DNA of 63,837 bases, the filler included, from Octopus bimaculoides (lineage: Eukaryota): the NCBI RefSeq assembly GCF_001194135.2. It is 7 parts of 3 records of this genome, joined end to end, with 100 filler letters (N's around TTAATTAATTAA, not from the genome) between each part and the next. Parts side by side here need not be neighbours in the genome. Positions count along the whole stretch, not along the records: positions 4,658 to 16,036 come from NC_068982.1; positions 16,137 to 19,628 come from NC_068985.1; positions 19,729 to 33,986 come from NC_068985.1; 4 more parts are not named here. One strand, given 5' to 3'. Numbering within the stretch: position 1 is the stretch's first letter; each line of letters opens with the position of its first letter. A program made the position numbers and the translations under genes. The notes beneath the pieces are model-generated. The model was given only the letters and a program-made list of their open reading frames with translations, was not told the origin of the DNA and searched no databases. Positions 11,587 through 25,505 of this stretch are shown here, piece by piece.

Positions 11587-11990
11587 AACACGACCAGCAT
11601 TTTCGGGAGAGGAAGTAAGTCGATTACATTGACTACAGTGTCTAGCAGGTACTTATTTTATCAACCTCGGAAGGATCAAAGACAAAGTCTATCTCGTCGG
11701 AATTTAATCTCAGAACGTAAAGATGGACAAAATGCCGCTAAAGAATTTTGCCCTGGGTGCAAGTATAGAAGGCGTCAAGCTGGAACATTCGTTAGCACGC
11801 CATGTGATATGCTTAGCAACATTTCGTCTGTCTTTGTGTTCTGAGTTCAAAATTCGCCGAGGTCGACTTTACCTTTCATACTATCGCGGTCGATAAAATA
11901 AGTACCAGTTGAATACTGGTGTTCATGTAATCAACTTACCCACTTTCCCGAACTTGCTGGCCTTGTGCTAAAATTTGAAATCAATATTAA
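11587..11990. mobile_element. Two S1 SINEs in divergent orientation (minus about 11587-11760, plus about 11785-11990)
   Basis: Both match the S1 consensus seen elsewhere in the window, in opposite orientations. Confidence 0.7.
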
Positions 11991-13417
11991 AAGTATGTAG
12001 AAATTTATATTTGGAGAAATACGTGTGTACTAATAATTACGTTTGTAAAACATAATAACAATAGAATTAAGTGTATTTAAAAGCAACATTTATAAAATGT
12101 GTTATTCTAGATTTTGCAAGTTTTGCTGCATTAATCAACCTAACCTAGCTATAATTTTGTAGAATGTCACCGGTGACTAAACATTCTTTCATTGACTCCA
12201 TTCCGGTTTTAAAATAATATTAATAATTTCGCTTTTAAGCTGATAAGAGATACTTGAACGAGCGCATTCATAGGCAAAAGGGATTGAATGATCGAGAGTC
12301 GATCATTGGGTTTTAAACGTTAAAAATGATATTTCTTTCAAAAACTAGATACGTTTGATGGGTTTGTAAGAAAATTACTTTTCAGTTTCTTCAGATATAT
12401 GAATATGTTGATAAAGGGAATATTAAAGCAATTCTTGATCAGAAGATAGATGTGCAGAGACTAATGTTAATGTTGAGTTTCACTTTCTTCAATTGATAAG
12501 TGTTTTTGAAAGGCAATTAACATTAAGAAGTAGAGCGACAAGAAGAGGAGAGGTTATGCTATTCCTGTGACGTACAAAAGTATACACATGAACGCACACA
12601 CACACACACACACGCACACAAGCACACACACACACACGCACATACACACACAGACACACACACATATACATATATATAAACTATACTTGAACATTTTATC
12701 AGTGACAATTAGTTCGACAAAATATATTTTATTTTACATATCGGTGTTCGGAAAATAATTAACAATATTTAGAAAGCTAATTTATGTTATATATATAAAT
12801 ACAAAAATGGAACAAAAACACAATAGAGGACATTAAATCATTCGGACAGATAGGCGAAACAAAGGCGAACAAGAAAAACAACAATTAGGAGGACAGGCAA
12901 AAAAAAAAGACAGGTCATACGTGGCTTTCTTTCCTCAGGCAAGTTCTAGAAGTCACGACCATGTCGGGCAGTTACACTTGAGATGGTTCGATCTGGTTGC
13001 CCCAACCACAAAAGTCCAAGCTAAGAGCATTAGACCCCATTGTAAGAAAGCTAGCGAATGTGTACGGTAACAAACACAAAACAACAAACAAACAAAAAAA
13101 ACGGAGAACATGGTACACAATTACGAATACAAACAACAAGAAATAACAACAGGTGTCTTTCGACTGAGCTGGCGTGTATGAAGTGAAAACCTAAAGGCAG
13201 GAACATAGATGGACATAAGATGTGTTGGCGGTCGGCAATCAGACCAACAAAGAAAGTCATGGCTGGTTGAACACCGGTCACATGGAAGGAGGAGAGATGG
13301 GTAGGGGCAATGGGATTGAAGAGTTAGGAAAATTTGTTATATTTATATAAGTGGCAAGACTGCTTCTTTCAACTTTTCTTTGTCTAAAGTTTTATATAGA
13401 TCTATGTATGAGCATAT

Positions 13418-13489
<72 letters not shown>

Positions 13490-14331
13490 ACCTATGCTAG
13501 AGCCTTATTTGCATATTTAAGTATGTATTTACGGTTATGTTTTTATGATATCTGAAAATGCCCATATGTATATACTGTATCTTTACGTGCTATTCAAATC
13601 CCCTTGCATTGATCACTATAAGAAGAGGGTTAAATAGAACAGAAAGACTAGAAATAACGATAAAGAAATTAATATATATCGCTAGCTTCTCTCATATCTC
13701 ACTATCCCGTGGAAAAGATTTCAATAAATGATAATATGCAAAGCGCATTAGCTATAAAATCATGTAAATCTCAATATTTAACTGAATATCAACCCGACAG
13801 TCATAAATGCCACAAAACAAACCATTTAATAATTAGAATTGTATAGAAGTTACGTATAATTGTTATCTCAAATGTATGCTTAATGGTTCTAATCTTGACG
13901 TAAATAACGTCCTCTTCAATTAACAGTTTAATTTGTCTTTTGTTTCAAGCTGATAAACGATAGACGATAAAAATAGTTTAAAGCAAGATGTAAGTAATTC
14001 TATTTTTTTTTAATGTGTGCTAACGGCTACACGTGTCTAGACACCTTAAACGTTTGAAATGATATCATTGAGATTATTATGCGGAACAATTATTTTAATT
14101 ATTATGAGGAACAATTATTTTAAGATAATTATCGACAACATCCAACTATACAAATGAATATATCAAATTGCTTTGGAAGTCAAATCAGAAAAAAGTTAAA
14201 AAACAATCATATGCTGTTTATTGTTTATTTTTAATGTGATAAATCTATTAGATAAAAGAGGCCTGTATGATATTTCGAAACAATAGATCTAATAATTATT
14301 ATTGTGATATAAGCCTGAAGCGATGAATTCT

Positions 14332-14820
<489 letters not shown>

Positions 14821-14827
14821 AAGAGGG

Positions 14828-15462
14828 GGTGAAACGGTATGGCACATCACTAGCGAATGCCTGAGATTGGCACAACGCGAATGCAAAAGACGCCATGACA
14901 ATTTGGCAAGAATGATCCATTGAGAGCTCTGTGGAAATCACGGCCTACAAAGAGCAAAGACATAGTATGGGCACACTTCAGAAGGAGTCAACGAAAATGA
15001 AAGTTGTAAAATCTTGTGGCATGCATTGATCCAGTGCGATCACACGACTAGACAACGGAGGCTGGACATTGTTGTGGTGAATAAAAGAGAAAGAGCATGT
15101 ATGAGAATCGACATAGCATGCCCAAGTGACAACAGGACGAATATGAAAGAAGAAAACATAAAAAACTATGACGATTTGAAATGAGAAATACGAATTTTGT
15201 GGTCAATGAAGAGAGTAGACGTGATACCAATAGTAATTGGTGTACTTGGAAGTATCAGCACTCAACTACCAGCATGGCTGAAAAAGATTGGTGCAAGTGT
15301 GAAGGTAGAACACCTAAAAAAATCAGCATTGCTTGGAACTGCAAGAATTCTTCGCAGGGTTCTTGAAGCATCACCAGTAAACAAGTGTCACCTTAACCTG
15401 CTGGATGTGGACAGCTGACACTTTCCAAGATACCCAGCAAATTAAGCTGTGTGTTTTCATGC

Positions 15463-15498
<36 letters not shown>
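14828..15498 (+). mobile_element. 5'-truncated R4/Dong-like non-LTR retrotransposon (REL endonuclease) with (AAT)n tail
   Basis: Translation gives ETVWHITSECLRLAQRECKRRHD (end of CCHC finger plus RHD), RRLDIVVV..RIDIACP (PD..D nuclease, decayed), VIPIVIGVLG and KSALLGTARILRRVL. Confidence 0.85.
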
Positions 15499-15501
<3 letters not shown>

Positions 15502-16036
15502 GCAGATCACAAACCAGATTGGTCGTCGACCGAATCACAAATGGCCACTTACTCGAAATAGATCTGCTAGCCTTAAGAAGTTACGTCACGAGAGCTCGGA
15601 GACGGTGTTGTCTCAAAAAATTTACCCTAAACAGACAGATCCGTCCCCTAGCGTCAACGTCGAAGCTTGTTATGCCTCACTGTTAATAAAACAAGATACA
15701 AACCGGAATGGTCATAGACCATATTATAAAGGACCACTTACTCGGATAATGAACCAGATCCGAGTCGAGAAATCTGCTACTGGTTCAATTCTTCCCGACA
15801 CACAGGAGCTGGAAGTACCCCACAACCGGAATATTCCAACAGATGGCCATCCATGCTCGTCATCAAATAACCAAAAGAAAAAGAATGAAAAATGGTCTAG
15901 GGAAGATAATAAAGAAGTTCTTACAACCTTCTACCATGCCATATATTTCCCTACAGATAAATCTAATACTGTACAAACCTACTTAAACTGGATACAGAAA
16001 CACCTTGAAGTAAGACACTACATAGACAGTAACAAA
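15499..16036 (+). mobile_element. 5' end of a second R4/Dong-like element, cut by a scaffold gap
   Basis: KKNEKWSREDNKEVLTTFYHA...YLNWIQKHLEVRHYIDSNK resembles the N-terminal KWxxEENxxxxxxYY motif of R4-clade ORFs. It starts right after (AAT)n. Confidence 0.6.
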
Positions 16037-17772
16037 NNNNNNNNNNNNNNNNNNNNNNNNNNNNNNNNNNNNNNNNNNNNTTAATTAATTAANNNNNNNN
16101 NNNNNNNNNNNNNNNNNNNNNNNNNNNNNNNNNNNNTATATATATATATATATATATTGACAAATCTAAGCATTCTTTAAATTTCTCCTGCCAAGTCTCC
16201 CATACAAAATTGATTTGATCTTATTATTATGCTCTCTTTGGCAGTACTCCAGTAACGGCATCAAATATTATAACTGAATTCCGGCAACATTATATTGACT
16301 GATTCTACAGTCGGAAAGCTGAAAAATAGCAAAGTTACGTTATTGAGGGAAGATGCATATAAATGTAAATAACATAAAATATTCGCCCCATTATTGACAG
16401 TGACAGCAATATATGGCCTGAGAACAATCTGCTGTAATATATTAAATATAGTTGTCCAACAATACAGAAATATGACAAATCTGGACGCCTAAATGAGAAT
16501 CTTTTGTTACAAATTCTGAAGACAATGTAGTTGCTTGTTATTTTTCTTTCTAATTCCTCTTGCTTCAAAACCTGGTTGACAAATAATTGTTTTCTGTATA
16601 TTAAAAGCTGGGAGTCTTACTCCAATGTAGAAAATTTTACGTGTCCTGTAATTCTTTTGATTGTATTATGTTTTTTAACTTACCCTCGCCTATGACAATA
16701 TTACATATGTGGAATGTTGCATGACTACCTAATATATGGAAAACGTGTAAGGCCAGTGACATAAGGCCGGTTGATATAAATTAGGAAAGAAATTCTTCTA
16801 AGCACTCAATCGGATTACAGTGAAATTGCGAAGATCTGATGAAAAAAGTCCAAAATAAGTGCATCTCTAACATGATATTTGAAGTTTCTAGCTTTTAAAA
16901 ATTGCCCCACTTGTACTTATTATTTCTTGATCAAATATCAGTGAGAAATTGCATAGGTAGCATGAATTTGTTTACAGACGATCAGGATATCATAAACGAG
17001 AGACAAAGTAACATATAGGCAGGGTGACTATTAAGAAATGAAGCACAGAATAGTATGTTGTATAAGAAAATAACGTATGGTATTTTCGACTTTCCAAAAT
17101 GGTTAATGACTCAATAAACAACTGCGAAGAGAAATAATAGCTGAATTAAAAGTGAAACCAAAGAAATTTTGTATAGTTGCTGGAAAAGTATGAAGTATGC
17201 CAACAAAGTAGGAAGGAATTTTAATTTCAGTCGATTGCATTCGCAAAAAAAATCTATCTGCCATGGAATGTTTTATATTCTGCTTGCTTATCGCGAAATT
17301 GTTTCAAGGATTTTAATATCCAACAAACTTATCGTGATAATCGATTGTAAGGAAAATAAACATGTTTCTGAATGAGATCTACATGAAGTTATATACTGTA
17401 TTTTAACGTGTGTAAGGAACCTTCGTGTGTAAGGAACCTTCGTGTGTAAGGAGCCTCTTACTTTGGAGGGCTTAAAATTTGGAAGAAAGGTTTTGTAATG
17501 GATTATTATACTATCTATATATAAGAATCTCGCATATTCTTTTAACCTAATTTTTGACAAAAAGAGGTTCATTATACACGTTAGAATACGATAAGTTACA
17601 AGGTAATTGCCAAATCGTGCAGGATGAGTTAAATGAATTAAATAGTTGGCTAAAAACATAGAAACATAGAAACAAATTTGAATACATACCGATTTCAGTA
17701 CAATGTATAGGTATCAAATTGTGTCTTATGATTCCCCGTTGTCCCTTAGTCTTCCCAGCATTCATATTTATT

Positions 17773-17985
17773 AAGGCAGCGAGTTGGCAGGAGCGTTAGC
17801 ACGACGGGTGAAATGCTTAGTGGCCTTTCGTCTTTCATTACCTTCAGAGTTCAAATTCCGCCGAGGTCGACTATACCGTTCATCCTTTCGGTGTCGAAAA
17901 GTTCAATATCAGTTGCCTACTGGGGTCGATCTAATCGACTGGCCCCTTCCCCAAAATATTTCGAGGCCTATAGTAGAAAGGGATG
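17773..17985 (+). mobile_element. SINE family S1
   Basis: GGCAGCGAGTTGGCAGGAGCGTTAGCACG...GAGTTCAAATTCCGCCGAGGTCGAC...GGGGTCGATCTAATCGAC. Confidence 0.85.
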
Positions 17986-19216
17986 TTCATATTTATACAT
18001 CGAGATAATGGGAACCTATGTGTTTCCTTTCTGTATCAGTCTTTTATTGTTCAAATTATATTAGCATAACTGTTGACATGTTCTCATTAATTAAGCTTTT
18101 CCCATTAAGCCTTCTTTCCTTTTGTTATTCATTCTTTCTCTTTTTTTTCTATGTCGCCCCCTCTCTTTCTTGCATATATGGTACAACTGAACATGATCTT
18201 TGTGAACATTATTAAAGCATTTGAAACGGGAAGCTAAATTGTTCTGTAGAGAAGTGCGCCAAGTTACTGTTTGATGATAATATTTTACTGCAAGATATAA
18301 ATAAATGCATTCTGAAGCAGTAAGAGCAAGATTGTAACCGTGTCCTGCATCGTTTCAGCAATCAGTTGCAGTTGCTTATGATTTTAAAAACTTTGATAAA
18401 TGAGACAGTATTGAATTCCGTATTGGAGAAGAATCTTATGCAACCAAACCTGAAATACCAAGACCCTGGTTAAGAGAAAATTCTCCCTTAATATGCTCTT
18501 TGATAGTGATTCAGTCACTTGCAGCAATGTCTGTAGAACAATTACATTTAATTAATGAACATTTCTCTTAAATAAACGATTCGTCAGTTGACGCCATCAC
18601 CAAGTAGAGAGAGAGAAAGAGAGAGAAATCCTAGATCACGACCGAGCTGGGCCGTAATCTTCCAGTAATTCATGTAAAAAGGGATGGCCATAATAAAAGA
18701 CTTGATTAATATTTCCATCTTTTACGAGTACAATTTACATAAGCGCACCTCAGGCTCCACAATCATCTAAATGACTTTTCGCGAGAATTGGTGTGTTTAT
18801 TAATTAGAAACATCGTATGCGGAATGAATGTCCATGACTTTGCTGTAGTGTGAGGTCAGAGCAATAAGCCTATAATGTTTAAGTGATATACTGAAATGTG
18901 TTTCTATATATTTATGCATATTTATTCTATATTTTATGGAGTTCTATCCGTTTAAGATAAAAATTAGAATAAATGACAATATCTTATTTGTAGTTACAAG
19001 AACAAATATTAACCTAAGAGGCAATTCAAATTATCAATAAGTACTACCCTTTACTATTTTCAATATAATAACAACATCCAAAGATTTCCAATCCATCAAC
19101 TGATCCTTTTTTCTTTATGCTTAATTTTTAACATACAATAAATAGAGTATATGAGTGATGTGCCTGTTTACTGTTTTGCAGAGCTTGTTTTGGCCAACTT
19201 GAGAGCTAGTAAAATT

Positions 19217-19250
<34 letters not shown>

Positions 19251-19554
19251 TGCATATTTCTATGTATGTATGTATGTATGTATGTATATTTCTATGTATG
19301 TATGTATGTATGTATGTATGTATGTATGTATGTACGTAATTTTTAGTGGGAAGGAAACGAAATGATATTACTTAATCAATGCAGCAGAACTAGAAATCAC
19401 TGCATTAAAAATTGACAAAAATAACATTTTATAAAATTAGGGAAAAATAATATCATGTTCCCGAGACTTTAACTGCGAAATTAGGAGAATATATACAATT
19501 TACTAAACCTGATAATCCATTATGAACATGGACATCCTGCAAAGAGAGTGACAT

Positions 19555-19628
<74 letters not shown>

Positions 19629-20251
19629 NNNNNNNNNNNNNNNNNNNNNNNNNNNNNNNNNNNNNNNNNNNNTTAATTAATTAANNNNNNNNNNNNNNNN
19701 NNNNNNNNNNNNNNNNNNNNNNNNNNNNTATGTATGTATGTATGTATGTATGTATGTATGTATATATGTATGTATGTGTCTGTGTGTCTGTGTCTGTATT
19801 TATTTTCTTTTCATCTTCCCACATAATGAGATTAGTCTATTTACTTTTGATTATAGAGGTGTGTATATGTATATGTTTATGCGTGTGCATGTATGTATAT
19901 GCGTGCACGTGTGAATGTGTGTGCAGCTTGAAGTCTCTGAGTACGTTTGCTAATGTCTATAATGTTTGTAAGTCTCTGGATGTGTAAGTGCGGTTGTATA
20001 TGAGTAAGTGGGCGTACTTATGTGTGCATATGTATATAAATGTGTGCGTATGTGTGTATGTGTCTATGTATGTGTGAATATGTGTATTAACAGGAGTGTA
20101 TATGCATGTGTATGTCGACGTCTCTATACAAGAGTTTGTGTTGGGTGTGCATTTGCGTGTTTAAGCTTCCTTGAGTGTGTTTTTATTAATCGTGTATGAG
20201 TTGTGTGAGGAGTGGTATTTCCATGTGTGTATATATGGGCCTGTGAATGGG

Positions 20252-20301
<50 letters not shown>

Positions 20302-20579
20302 AATTAGTGAACATTTAAGTACAAAGATATATATATGTATTTATGCGTGCATGTATGTATGTATGTATGTATGTATGTATGTATGTATGTATGTGTGCAT
20401 GTATGTATGTACGTATATATATATGTATGCTTGTATGTTTGTGTATATGTTTGTATGTATGAATATGTATGTATGTATGTATGTATGTATGTGTAACAGT
20501 TGTTGGAAAATCTGTATTTATAAGAAGTCATACCTATGCAAATCAATCTATTCATACATACCTACAAACACGTGCACAT

Positions 20580-20626
<47 letters not shown>

Positions 20627-20721
20627 ACACACATACACACACTTTATGGTTTGTAAACATCATGATAATACTCCATACCTAGCTTGGAGTTTTATATGTA
20701 TATATGTGTGTGTATATACTT

Positions 20722-21118
20722 TTCTGCTCAAGGCACAAGGCCCGAAATTTTGGGGAGTGGGGGGGGCCAGTCGATTAAATTGACCCCGGTAAGGATGAAA
20801 GGCAAGTCGACCTCGGTTGAATTTGAACTCAGAACGTAAAGACAGACGAGATGCCGCTAAGCATTTCGCCCGGCGTGCTAACGTTTCTTATTTCTTTATT
20901 GCCCACAAGGAGCTAAACATAGAGGGGATAAACAAGGACAGACAAAGGGATTAAGTCGATTACATCGACTCCAATGCGTAACTGGTACTTAATTTATCGA
21001 CCCCGAAAGGATGAAAGGTAAAGTCGACCTCGGCGGAATTTGAACTCAGAACGTAACGGCAGACGAAATACCACTAAGCATTTCGCTCGGTGTGCTAACG
21101 TTTCTGCCAGCTCGCTGT
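20722..21118 (-). mobile_element. Two head-to-tail S1 SINEs
   Basis: GTCGACCTCGG..GAATTTGAACTCAGAACGTAA...GTGCTAACGTTTCT occurs twice. Confidence 0.85.
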
Positions 21119-21270
21119 CTTAATATGTGTGTATATATAGGTAGCTAGATATAGATATANNNNNNNNNNNNNNNNNNNNNNNNNNNNNNNNNNNNNNNNN
21201 NNNNNNNNNNNNNNNNNNNNNNNNNNNNNNNNNNNNNNNNNNNNNNNNNNNNNNNNNNNNNNNNNNNNNN

Positions 21271-21301
<31 letters not shown>

Positions 21302-21399
21302 TATGTACGTACATATGTATGTATTTATGTATGTAAGTATGTTCTCTTCTGTTATTAATTATTTAAATTCCTCTGACGATGGAGCTGGTTTCTAAAATC

Positions 21400-21990
21400 G
21401 CTGGAACGTAGATAAGGAAAATAATCTCACATTCAAAATTCGAGAAAATGTCTTGCATATTTTTACTGTTCCTCATACAGATTGTATTTGTAACGTGCAA
21501 GTTAGCTTGGCTGACATATTTTTTCTGAAAACCCTATCTTATCCACGTGGTCACTTAGGCATTTACTCATAAAACCAAGTGCACCAATTATTATTGGTAT
21601 AAATATAAATTAATAATCTGAATATAGAAGCCGGAGGTTCCGAAGTAGTTGGCCACAGTTATCCTCTTACTCTTTGATTTTCAGAGATATTCACATCAGC
21701 AGGACAGCTGACTTCTATGACAGTACATACTTCTTCTTGTCCGTTCTAAACAACAATATTCGCCCTGTTATATTTACACTTGACAGGTGTTATGTTTACA
21801 CTTGACAGAATGTTCCACCAGAATTCTTTGCATTCATGTTAGTGTATATATTCAATAACAAGGCGATAGTTTTTTTTTTCAGGACAGTCTAGTTCCCGAA
21901 TGACATCGTATATTGTTTTTCCGATAACATCGTGTCGCACGGGGATGACATTTTTGAGCAGCTCCTAATCATATGTATGTCAATGTCCCT
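21400..21990 (-). mobile_element. Decayed REL-endonuclease non-LTR retrotransposon, 3' part
   Basis: Minus-strand translation gives EFWWNI, KYNRANIVV, VIEVSCPADVNI and FIPIIIGALG. Homologous to 23718-24715. Confidence 0.75.
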
Positions 21991-22044
21991 TTCGTTAATT
22001 AGGTATTTCGTAGCAATCTCCTGTTCTTATATTGTAAATGCATA

Positions 22045-22822
22045 GGCGTAGGAGTGGTTGTGTGGTAAGTAGCTTGCTTACGAACCACATGGTTCCGGGT
22101 TCAGTCCCACTACGTGGCACCTTGGGTAAGTGTCTTCCACTTATAGCCTCGGGCCGACCAAAGCCTTGTGAATGGATTTGGTAGAAGGAAACTGAAAGAC
22201 GCCCGTCGTATATATGTATATATGTATATATATATATATATATATNNNNNNNNNNNNNNNNNNNNNNNNNNNNNNNNNNNNNNNNNNNNNNNNNNNNNNN
22301 NNNNNNNNNNNNNNNNNNNNNNNNNNNNNNNNNNNNNNNNNNNNNNNNNNNNNNNNNNNNNNNNNNNNNNNNNNNNNNNNNNNNNNNNNNNNNNNNNNNN
22401 NNNNNNNNNNNNNNNNNNNNNNNNNNNNNNNNNNNNNNNNNNNNNNNNNNNNNNNNNNNNNNNNNNNNNNNNNNNNNNNNNNNNNNNNNNNNNNNNNNNN
22501 NNNNNNNNNNNNNNNNNNNNNNNNNNNNNNNNNNNNNNNNNNNNNNNNNNNNNNNNNNNNNNNNNNNNNNNNNNNNNNNNNNNNNNNNNNNNNNNNNNNN
22601 NNNNNNNNNNNNNNNNNNNNNNNNNNNNNNNNNNNNNNNNNNNNNNNNNNNNNNNNNNNNNNNNNNNNNNNNNNNNNNNNNNNNNNNNNNNNNNNNNNNN
22701 ATATAATAAGTACTAGGCTTGCAAAGAATAGTCCTGGGGTCGATTTGCTCGACTAAAGGCGGTGCTCCAGCATGGCCGCAGTCAAATGACTGAAACAAGT
22801 AAAAGAGTAAAGAGTAAAGAGA
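22045..22822 (+). mobile_element. SINE family S2, full length with the internal microsatellite lost in a gap
   Basis: Head GGCGTAGGAGTGGTTGTGTGGTAAG...GGGTTCAGTCCC at 22045-22210. Tail GGCGGTGCTCCAGCATGGCCGCAGTCAAATGACTGAAACAAG(TAAAAGAG)n at 22705-22822. Confidence 0.8.
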
Positions 22823-22865
22823 GGCTTCGAAGTATGATGTGATATAGCGGTCACGAGATCAAGAA

Positions 22866-23077
22866 CGGTGAGCTAGTAGAATCGTTAGCACGCCGGGCAA
22901 AATACTAAGTACCTCTTCGTCCGTTTTTACGTTCTGAGTTCAAATTCCGCCGGGGTCCATGCTTTCATGCTTTCAGGGTCGATAAAATAAGTACCAGTTG
23001 AACACTGAGGTCGATTACATCAACTTAGACCCTCCCACAAAATTGCTGGTTTTGTGCTAAAATTTGAAACCAATATT
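22866..23077 (+). mobile_element. SINE family S1
   Basis: Matches the S1 consensus from head to AAATTTGAAACCAATATT. Confidence 0.85.
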
Positions 23078-23717
23078 ACTGTCTTCTTCACGTCTTTGGG
23101 AAACGCACACATGCATGGTCTTTTTTGTTGTTGTTGGTATATTGAGCATATATCCAGGTCTTCTTTGAGATATGTTAGTCCGGCAATTTTAGGGTTTTAT
23201 GAGAGATTATCAGGAAGATAGTGCTTTCTGAAGAGCTCACTGTCGACACCTCGGAGATTGTTCTCGCAACTTTCCAGTTAATGTGTTTATTTTTGCTGCT
23301 GTTGTTTAGCAAGTGCTGTCATAGACAGACTGTACCACATTCGAAGGCTGTCTGCACTGATCCCAAGCTTCTATCTCCTTCATCTTATTCTTAGGGAGGG
23401 CCTGTCAGTATCACTCTTTCTGTGGAAGTTTCCAGTGTGTGTGTGAGGTGTGGTGTGGTGTGTGTATGTGTGTGTGTGTGTATGTAATGTATGTATGTAT
23501 TATTCAGTTTATTTCAAGATTTCTTGCCAATAGAGATAGAACCGATTTCTAAACTAGATTCAAGGTTCCTTCATTGGAATTTCAACATCAACAACACGGT
23601 ATTTTTGTATGTATGTATGTATGTATGTATGTATGTATGTATGTATGTGCAGATTTGTATGATTTATGTATGTATTCTTATGCATATAGTTGCATATCTA
23701 GACATGCTCATATATAT

Positions 23718-24715
23718 TTAAATGATAAACTTCTGCAAAGTTTTACAGATTTTTACAGTTCCAGTGATGGATTGGATCTGTAGCCCTCGAATTAGCTTTC
23801 TCCTTTCTGATTTTGAGAAGCCTAATTTCTCAAGATTGGTATTTAGACAGTATATAACATGTCCCAGGGCCCCAATAATTACAAGTATAAACTTGAACTT
23901 GTAATCAGGATAGAGTAACTGTAGATTTCTCAATAATTCAGCATAGGTGTTCTCTTTTCACTGATCTTCAGCTTTATGTTAACATCCGCTGGGCAGTTAA
24001 TTTCTTCAACTGTAAACAGTTTGTCTTCTCTATTCCCAATCATTATATCAGGTCTGTTGTGCTTACGTTTTATTAAGGTCTTCACTGGTACATTCCACCA
24101 GTATTCCTTTTCGTTATGAGTGGCTATGGCTTCTACCATACTGTGGGTTTTTATTTCTTTGTCTTCGGATTTATCCTTCCGACAGATTTCATTATAAAGT
24201 GTCCTAGCTACAACGTCATGTCTCATCGGTAGATAATACCTGATGACATTTTCGGACCATTGCTGATGATGTGGGTGATATCTTCAGTATGAATTCCACA
24301 AAGTCTGCATCGGTTGTCACATTTTACGGCTTTCTCTATCTCTTTTGTGCATCAGGTACTAGGTTGATATTTCCTGTTCCTGGATTGCAAACGCAAGTCC
24401 TTCAAAGAGGGAGGTAATAATTCGTCTATTGGTCCATGATAAACTGCTTTGATGATCGATGTTACTATCATCACGGAGCTTTCTACTAACATATCTGTTG
24501 TGTCGACGCCCCCAGACGATGTAGTAGGCTAGCCCAATATGTAGATATAGAGGGAGAAGTCTAGTCGTCGGGGTAGTTGAGTAGCGATCATCCGAACGTG
24601 CGATATAACAATATCCATGCATAGTCTTCTGCTCATATTGGCTCATCCTTTCATCTGATATGTTGCGGTAGAGTTGTGCGACTTCTTTGGGCATGTATTC
24701 TAGGTTATCAGACAA
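23718..24715 (-). mobile_element. R2-superfamily (R4/NeSL-like) non-LTR retrotransposon, 3' fragment with CCHC finger and REL endonuclease
   Basis: FEGLAFAIQEQEIST, CDNRCRLCGIHTEDITHIISN (CCHC), RHDVVA, EYWWN, HNRPDI, EINCPADVNI and VIIGALG appear across frameshifts. Confidence 0.9.
24496..24610. mobile_element. 115-bp solo-LTR-like insert with 5-bp TSD
   Basis: TG...CA ends with imperfect inverted termini TGTTGTGTCG / CGATATAACA. ATATC is duplicated at 24491-24495 and 24611-24615. Confidence 0.65.
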
Positions 24716-24852
24716 AGAGTGTTATGTATGTATGTATGTATGTATGTATGTATGTATGTATGTATGTATGTGTGTGTTTCCTGTGTGCGCCCATAACGTA
24801 TTTTTCTATGCTTGTTTGTGTGCGTATGTGTGTGCATGTTAGTGTGTGTGAT

Positions 24853-24906
<54 letters not shown>

Positions 24907-25505
24907 CGTGCGTGAGCGTGCTTGGGTGTAAGAACAATATGTCTGTTTAGTAAGTTAGTGAACTGTACATTTAAAAAGCCATTAGAGGTACGGCTGCTTC
25001 GACAGAATAGTGTAAAACTGATATAGTGGAGAAGTATAGAAATGTTTCTTGATGGAGGGAAATATTAGGCTTAAAATAAGGTATAGAATTAGACGCAGGG
25101 ATGTAGTGTAAAGCATTTGTATCCTTCCTATGATAACAATACTTTATATGCATGCACTTTTGGTATGACACTTCGCATTATTAGCACTATATTCCGACGT
25201 CTCTCTTTAAGTATATTTGATATTTTCATTACAAAAGATTTATGTTTTTAAATATGTTCATTGAGATCGACGTAAAGTTTGATAAATGGACTGAAGTTGA
25301 GGTGTATTTTTACTATTAATTTCCTTTAAAAAATGGTCGTAAAGTTGAAAAAGAGGTATGCCTGTGCATATATATATATATGAAAGTACTTATATGTATG
25401 TCTGATAGTTTGTTTATGCACATTAATATAAGTATGTACGCATGGACATTCTACGAATTCTTTGTTGTTAAGAGTAAACGAAAGCTTTCGTAATGGTAGT
25501 TAATG

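Noticed and set aside
17407-17455. 17-bp unit repeated about 2.7 times (CGTGTGTAAGGAACCTT)
   Set aside because: Units are directly adjacent with no spacers, in a eukaryotic context. It is a slippage duplication, not a CRISPR-like array.
23150-23420. Possible second GIY-YIG relic (TDRP..RIR.KE...INWK on the minus strand)
   Set aside because: Too decayed; the GIY and YIG motifs themselves are not visible.
23505-23600. Minus-strand CAATGAAGG...GAAATCGGTT resembling a hammerhead
   Set aside because: The core box does not fit CUGANGA or a compensated variant, and the stems are weak.
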